DNA of 64,000 nt. Origin: Candidatus Krumholzibacteriia bacterium (GTDB lineage Bacteria; Krumholzibacteriota; Krumholzibacteriia; Krumholzibacteriales; Krumholzibacteriaceae). Numbering within the stretch: position 1 is the first letter of the stretch; every line of letters begins with the position of its first letter. Made by a program: the position numbers and the translations under genes. Under the pieces are notes generated by a model that was given only the letters and a program-made list of their open reading frames with translations, did no database searches and was not told the origin of the DNA. The stretch covers positions 2,009,424 to 2,073,423 of the forward strand of contig CAWIIQ010000001.1 in assembly GCA_963836185.1 (NCBI GenBank), read 5' to 3'. This document shows positions 59,647 through 64,000 of this stretch, in pieces.

Positions 59647-60985
59647 CTGTCATGATAACCATGTCTTTACCCGCGCTACTCATCGAAATCGGGGGAGGGT
59701 TCTCATAAACTTTCATTCCTCCTAATGGTTTGTATAAACGCTCAGCCATGAGCTGGTCGTTGTCAAAATAGAGTTTGTAGTCTTCATTATCCCCTAACCA
59801 AAGACCTTCGAAAGGTTCAAGGGAACTACGATCTGCAGTGATTGCAACTAAGGGTATTTTCTCAATATCTAAATACTTTTTGAGAGCCAGTGCGATTACC
59901 GCATCGTACACCTCAATACCACGGTCGCTGTTCGTAAGAACAACAATCCCAAATTTCTTATCCGGTGCAAACAGCATCTTGGCGGTAGCCCCTCCCGACC
60001 GACCGGCATGAAAAACGGTTCGCACACCGCCGATATCCTCAACGAACCACGCAACGCCGGTGTGTTCACTCAGCTCGCCTTCGACCAAGGGACTGTGCGC
60101 CAGGTCCAGCAACTTTGGAGACAACAGTTGACTGCCGTCCTTGTCCTTACCGTCAAACTGAAATTGCATCCACTTCATCATATCACTGACATTACTGAGT
60201 ATGGCTCCGGCCGGATAGACGCTGCGCGGAAAAGGCGCAAAGCTGACCTGAGGTTCGGACGTCCCGTCATATACTCCGGCATGGCCAACAGCAAAGCGGT
60301 CTGCCATTAGTTCCGCCATGAAGAAGGAGGTGTGCGTCATGCCCAGGGGCAGAAACAACTCGTCCTTAACTTTTTGTTCATAAGATTTTGCACGGCTTAC
60401 GCCTTGAATGAGACGTCCTGCAATGATGTAGTTGTTATTGTTGTAGGCCCAGACCTCGCCATAAGGTGTGCGTTGTGGTAGGAATCGAAAAGACCGCACG
60501 GCCTTCTCCAAGGCATCTTCCCCCGAACTGGGATCCTCAAAGTAGTCGCCTTGCCAGCCAGTCCGGTGCTGGAAAAGGTCGATGACCTTCGCCTTTTCTG
60601 AAGCCTCTCTATCCAGGACCGAAAACTCCGGGAGATACTTCCGAACCGGGGCTTCGAGGTCGAGCTCTCCGCGTTCTGCCATTTTAAGAACCACCGTGGC
60701 CGTAAAGGGCTTTGTCGTGGAACCGATATAAAACACGGTGTTTTCAGTGACAGCCTGAGGATCGTCAAGATTGGTAATGCCGATGCCGGCCATTTGGACC
60801 TTGCCATCGTGAATGATCCCAATGGCTATACCTGGGACTTTGATCTCGTCCATGAGCCGCTGAGCTTCGCTCTTGATTTCCTCAAACCTCGTGTCCAGGT
60901 TTTCCTGTGCAAATGCCTGTTGGACTGTCATCAATGACGAGACTATTACAGTAAAAAACAGTGCCATGTTTCGTTTCATTGTCAT
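59546..60985 (-). CDS. Beta-lactamase/esterase-family serine hydrolase (class C / EstB-like), secreted (cassette)
   Basis: Signal peptide MTMKRNMALFFTVIVSSLMTVQQAFA, SxxK as GSTTKPF, a YNNNNY (YxN) region and HAG (KTG-like). The start was trimmed to the Met with an AAGGAGA RBS; the ORF-track extension to 61120 is read-through of the attC. Confidence 0.65.
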   Translation of the reverse strand: MTMKRNMALFFTVIVSSLMTVQQAFAQENLDTRFEEIKSEAQRLMDEIKVPGIAIGIIHDGKVQMAGIGITNLDDPQAVTENTVFYIGSTTKPFTATVVLKMAERGELDLEAPVRKYLPEFSVLDREASEKAKVIDLFQHRTGWQGDYFEDPSSGEDALEKAVRSFRFLPQRTPYGEVWAYNNNNYIIAGRLIQGVSRAKSYEQKVKDELFLPLGMTHTSFFMAELMADRFAVGHAGVYDGTSEPQVSFAPFPRSVYPAGAILSNVSDMMKWMQFQFDGKDKDGSQLLSPKLLDLAHSPLVEGELSEHTGVAWFVEDIGGVRTVFHAGRSGGATAKMLFAPDKKFGIVVLTNSDRGIEVYDAVIALALKKYLDIEKIPLVAITADRSSLEPFEGLWLGDNEDYKLYFDNDQLMAERLYKPLGGMKVYENPPPISMSSAGKDMVIMTDGPFRGTVGQLLRDKSGKPAFLSMQHRIFRREE

Positions 60986-61035
60986 CTTGGGTTCTCCTTC
61001 TTTGATGTTGCTCTGGTTTGGGTCTTTCTCTTTTA

Positions 61036-61132
61036 GCCTAACGTGAGCTTCAGCTGCGGGCGCCGGCTGGCGCGGCGGGTGCTCAGCAGCCGCCGTGACG
61101 ACCAAGACCGTCAGCTGCAAGCAGAGTTAGGA
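61036..61132 (-). other. attC site
   Basis: gcctaacgtgagcttcagctgcgggcgccggctggcgcggcgggtgctcagcagccgccgtgacgaccaagaccgtcagctgcaagcagagttagga. The TAA stop of ORF 61127..61855 lies inside the R'' box. Confidence 0.65.
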
Positions 61133-61855
61133 TGTTGCCTTTTCTATTCTCACACCCTTTATCAGAAGCCACAGACAAAGTGACAGTTCTCCGACAAGTG
61201 GTGCAATATATATTGGTGCTATGCCCCCTGTATAGTCTGGCCAGAGAAATAGCGTAAAGCTACCAATCACATACCCTATTCCCGCAGCATACATGAGAAT
61301 GCCTAATATCTTTGGGAAATACTCAGAATTGGACAGCAAATAGCCAAGAAACAGACAATGAAGACCAAAGAACACTAGGCCAAGATCATACCCATGTTTG
61401 TGAATATTCAGGAACATCAAAGCTATTGAATTTAGCTGTGATGAGTCAAGAGAACTGAGATAGTCAGTGCCTTTGAGAACAATCAAAGCCGCAAAGTAAT
61501 TCAGCAGGTTCACACCATAGATCGCTGTTCCAGTCAGCCTGAATCCCGCTGAAACGAGGGAACCTGTTTTGCTCACAGACCTAAGCAGAATATACAGCAT
61601 TATGGCTACAACCACATCACAGAGGAATATTACCAGGTCACAGGCGAAACCAACTCGAAACAAACTTTCAGAAGCTAGAATGTTGTTTGCAGTCGCAGCA
61701 GCATCACCATGCACGATCAGGCTTCCCCGGACGAATACTTCGCTGAAGAGGCCAAAACCGATGATTATCAAGTATAAGACACCTGTGATCCGGGCATATG
61801 TCACAGTGGACATCTCAGATAGACGTGTCATCATATCCCCCTCCTTCCAATCCAT
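61127..61855 (-). CDS. Cassette-encoded polytopic membrane protein (hypothetical)
   Basis: 242 aa, ~7 TM helices. The ATG is 5 nt after the R' GTTAGG of the upstream attC. Confidence 0.5.
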   Translation of the reverse strand: MDWKEGDMMTRLSEMSTVTYARITGVLYLIIIGFGLFSEVFVRGSLIVHGDAAATANNILASESLFRVGFACDLVIFLCDVVVAIMLYILLRSVSKTGSLVSAGFRLTGTAIYGVNLLNYFAALIVLKGTDYLSSLDSSQLNSIALMFLNIHKHGYDLGLVFFGLHCLFLGYLLSNSEYFPKILGILMYAAGIGYVIGSFTLFLWPDYTGGIAPIYIAPLVGELSLCLWLLIKGVRIEKATS

Positions 61856-61859
61856 ATCA

Positions 61860-61957
61860 TCCTAACGTGAGCTTCAGCTGCGGTCGCCGGCTGGCGCGGC
61901 GGGTGCCCCGCAGTCGCTGTGACAGACAAGACCGTCAGCTGCAAGCGTGGGTTAGAC
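61860..61957 (-). other. attC site (first in the array, nearest attI)
   Basis: cctaacgtgagcttcagctgcggtcgccggctggcgcggcgggtgccccgcagtcgctgtgacagacaagaccgtcagctgcaagcgtgggttagac. Confidence 0.65.
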
Positions 61958-61989
61958 CGTTCTTTTATCTCATACTTCTGTCAACTAGG

Positions 61990-62394
61990 TTAAAACTTCT
62001 GAACCCTAAAATTGAGCGTTCCACTGTATTGACTAAGCACAAGGCGAATCTGCCAGGTACCGGAAGATCCGGTTAACGTTGTATCATTCAAGCTTGGTAC
62101 AAGGATCTTGTCGTAAACAGTCACGTCTCCTGCATCTTTGATTATCAGTCGCGCTGTTCCGTACGTAGTTGAAGTCGAGTGATTGACTGTGGCCTGTGTT
62201 CCAGTGTTGTTCCAATCATAGGGTAGAGTAGCAGTCCGGTTTATGACTCCGGTTGCTTGCAATTGAAAATTGTCAGTCACATTTGTCACTTCAGGTTGAA
62301 ATGGAGCCAGAGGATCATCGGAACATTGGTAAAATGTAGGAACACCGATAACGACGAGCAGGAATATTACTGTTTTAAAAGTGATGCGTTTCAT
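61990..62394 (-). CDS. First cassette: small secreted lipoprotein (hypothetical)
   Basis: Signal peptide with a lipobox (...TFYQCSDD), 134 aa. The ATG is 24 nt downstream of the attI core GTTAGAC. Confidence 0.5.
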   Translation of the reverse strand: MKRITFKTVIFLLVVIGVPTFYQCSDDPLAPFQPEVTNVTDNFQLQATGVINRTATLPYDWNNTGTQATVNHSTSTTYGTARLIIKDAGDVTVYDKILVPSLNDTTLTGSSGTWQIRLVLSQYSGTLNFRVQKF

Positions 62395-62500
62395 TGGATT
62401 CCTTTCTATTCTAGCTCTAGCGGTCTAACGTTATGTCTGTTGAACTAGGGTATTGGATATGACTGCGTGGGTGACTATGTATCCAATTTCTAGTTCTGGT
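62395..62500 (-). other. Candidate attI site
   Basis: The GTTRRRY core GTTAGAC (plus 62423..62429, read on the minus strand) sits between the intI stop and the first cassette. The adjacent inverted repeat ggtATTGGATAtgactgcgtgggtgactatgTATCCAATtt is a plausible IntI binding region. Confidence 0.4.
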
Positions 62501-62607
62501 TTATTATCTCATCAGTTTCCCAAAAATCAACAGCTTATCTGAAATACCTGGTGTGGCGGGTCAGGGATAGGCTGCAATATCTGTTTCGTAAATACTTTTT
62601 CTTATTG

Positions 62608-63640
62608 CTACATATCATCCAGAGGGCTCCTAACTCCCCTCCCTCCCCGGTTCAGGACGTGCGTGTAGATCATCGTCGCAGTGACATCCCGGTGCCCCAG
62701 GAGTTCCTGGATAGTCCTTATATCGTAGCCGTTCTCGAGAAGACGCGTCGCGAAGGAATGCCTGAAGGTATGGCAGGTCGCGTGCTTCGCAATTCCGGCG
62801 GCACGGACAGCTTCTTTTACCGCTCTCTGGAGGACCGTCTCATGCAGGTGGTGACGCCTGTACTCACCCGTCTCACCATCCCTGTAGAACCTCGTAGCCG
62901 GGAACACCCACTGCCATCCCCATTCCCGTGATGCTCCGGGGTATTTTCGGCTCAACGCATCGGGCAGGGCGACCGAACCGCGTCCCCTCTTGATATCTTT
63001 CCCGTGCTGTTCCCGGACCCGGGAGAGATGTTCCCTGAGACGATCCTTCAGGGTGAGCGGGAGAAGTGTCATCCTGTCCTTGTTCCCCTTCCCGCTCCTG
63101 ACTGTGATCTCGCCTCGCTCGAAATCAAGGTCCTTTATCCTCAGCCCGGCGCATTCCGGCAGTCTCATTCCCGAACCATAGAGCAGCGACGCCATAAGTC
63201 GCGGGGTCCCCTGCATGCGGCTCAGGACTTCCCGCGCTTCGCTATGAGTCAGGACGACCGGGAGCTTCTGAGGCCTCTTCGCCCTAACGATGCCGTCGAG
63301 CCATCCGAGATCGATTTTCAGCACATCCTTGTAGAGAAACAGTATCGCGCTTAGAGCCTGGTTCTGGGTGGAAGCGCTCACCTTTCTCTCCGTCGCAAGG
63401 TGCGAGAGGAACCGGGTCACATCTTCCTCTCCAAGTTCCAGGGATGTCTTTCCCGTTGAAGATGATGAATCGCTTGATCCATCTCCTGTACGAATCCTCC
63501 GTCCTGCGGCTGTAATGTCTGCCTTGATGGCATACTGACCTGGTCGAGGAGTCTGATCAGTTCCAGGAGTTTGATCTGGGCGATCTGAGTGGATCCGGGG
63601 ATCTTTTCTCGCGGACATACGACAGGCCTGTATCCGGCAT
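62608..63640 (-). CDS. intI: Integron integrase IntI (tyrosine recombinase); the N-terminal ~70 codons are disrupted by several 1-nt homopolymer indels
   Basis: The C-terminal 270 aa align near-colinearly with IntI1 (...[24 protein letters not shown]...[10 protein letters not shown]...[22 protein letters not shown]...[25 protein letters not shown] (the IntI-specific patch)...HTFRHSFAT...[23 protein letters not shown]...). The expected N-terminal motifs ([32 protein letters not shown]) are present but spread over three frames. The true ATG at 63640 has an AGGAGAG RBS. Confidence 0.8.
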
Positions 63641-63721
63641 CTTCTCTCTCCTGGTTGTAGTGGAGTCCCCCGACAGGAAGATTTTATTCTTTGTATGGTC
63701 GCACGTCAAGGAGCGGATAAG

Positions 63722-64000
63722 TCAGAAACAGGACGATCCATGAAAAAGGCCGGATGAAATATACCATCCGGCCTTTTCATTTGCTTTACTGAACCTCGAG
63801 GCTCTCAGCCCTGCTTGTCGTCCTCGTCTTCTGTGATCTCTTTCGTCTGTCGCCTGGATCTCGTCCTTCACGTCGGCTGAGGCTTTCTTGAACTTGCGCA
63901 TCGATTTTCCGATGGCCTCCGCCACTTCGGGGAGCCTGCGCGGCCCGAAGAAGATAAGGATGATGGCGAGGATGATCAGAAGCTCGGACCAGCCGAGCGG
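63722..64000 (-). CDS. tatA: Sec-independent translocase TatA/E-family protein, 5' partial at window edge
   Basis: ...LGWSELLIILAIILIFFGPRRLPEVAEAIGKSMRKFKKASADVKDEI... is the TatA TM helix plus amphipathic helix signature. Confidence 0.6.
   Translation of the reverse strand, partial: PLGWSELLIILAIILIFFGPRRLPEVAEAIGKSMRKFKKASADVKDEIQATDERDHRRRGRQAGLRASRFSKANEKAGWYISSGLFHGSSCF

Larger units (their letters stand above)
53975..63640 (-). mobile_element. Integron: intI, attI and an array of about 10 attC-delimited gene cassettes (the left boundary may lie further left, near 52650)
   Basis: An IntI1-like tyrosine recombinase lies at the right end. About ten copies of a ~95-bp imperfect palindrome with RYYYAAC...GTTRRRY ends each follow a small minus-strand ORF. 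ORF stop codons fall in or next to the R'' box and next-ORF start codons 5-30 nt after the R' box. Confidence 0.8.

Noticed and set aside
60986-61120. N-terminal 45 aa of ORF 59546..61120 (MQLTVLVVTAAAEHPPRQPAPAAE...)
   Set aside because: This is translation of the attC site and its spacer. The real start is the downstream Met preceding a canonical signal peptide, with an AAGGAGA RBS.
53975-61960. The repeated ~95-bp palindromic elements considered as a CRISPR array
   Set aside because: Spacing between copies is 0.3-2.4 kb and each interval carries a complete ORF. The repeats have RYYYAAC/GTTRRRY ends and sit at ORF 3' ends. This is attC/cassette organisation, not CRISPR, and no cas genes are present.

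Overview
This is a GC-rich (~60%) bacterial chromosomal window, probably from an FCB-group or candidate-phylum organism, since a type IX secretion (T9SS) module is present. Almost all genes are on the minus strand.

**0-42 kb, housekeeping and envelope genes.** A type IV pilus pilB-pilT-pilC cluster sits at the left edge. Next comes a long minus-strand operon: hutU, hutI, a TPR protein with a tandem acidic repeat, a PHP phosphoesterase and a TonB-dependent receptor. These are followed by a DinG-like helicase and thiC, then an Omp85/BamA-family gene coupled to a 1136-aa predicted beta-barrel protein and an NHL-repeat protein. Two tandem paralogous secreted proteins precede a T9SS module: an M6 (InhA-like) metalloprotease and a C25 peptidase, both with T9SS C-terminal sorting domains, flanking porV. 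After that come a DUF457 hydrolase, a 56-aa Trm112-like ORF absent from the ORF track, accA, dnaE (interrupted by a frameshift), an M23 peptidase and a divergently transcribed ppiD.

**42-52 kb.** A compact block of small minus-strand genes follows: outer- and inner-membrane proteins, a VOC-family protein, a nitroreductase, tsaA, an amidohydrolase, a methyltransferase, YccF and a SnoaL-like protein.

**~53-63.6 kb, an integron (the most notable feature).**
- An intI gene (62608..63640, strongly IntI1-like) lies on the same strand as the cassettes, which is the inverted integron arrangement.
- An attI region is centred on a GTTAGAC core at 62423..62429.
- About ten cassettes are delimited by a homogeneous family of ~95-bp imperfect-palindrome attC sites with RYYYAAC ... 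GTTRRRY ends.
- Cargo includes two beta-lactamase-family serine hydrolases (one disrupted), three SAM methyltransferases (one fragmented), an ICMT-family membrane methyltransferase, an aminoacylase fragment, membrane proteins and lipoproteins.

At least four genes carry frame disruptions: intI, dnaE, the amidohydrolase/methyltransferase pair, and a cassette methyltransferase. Most sit at homopolymer runs, which points to sequencing indels rather than real inactivation. No rRNA, tRNA or CRISPR array was seen.
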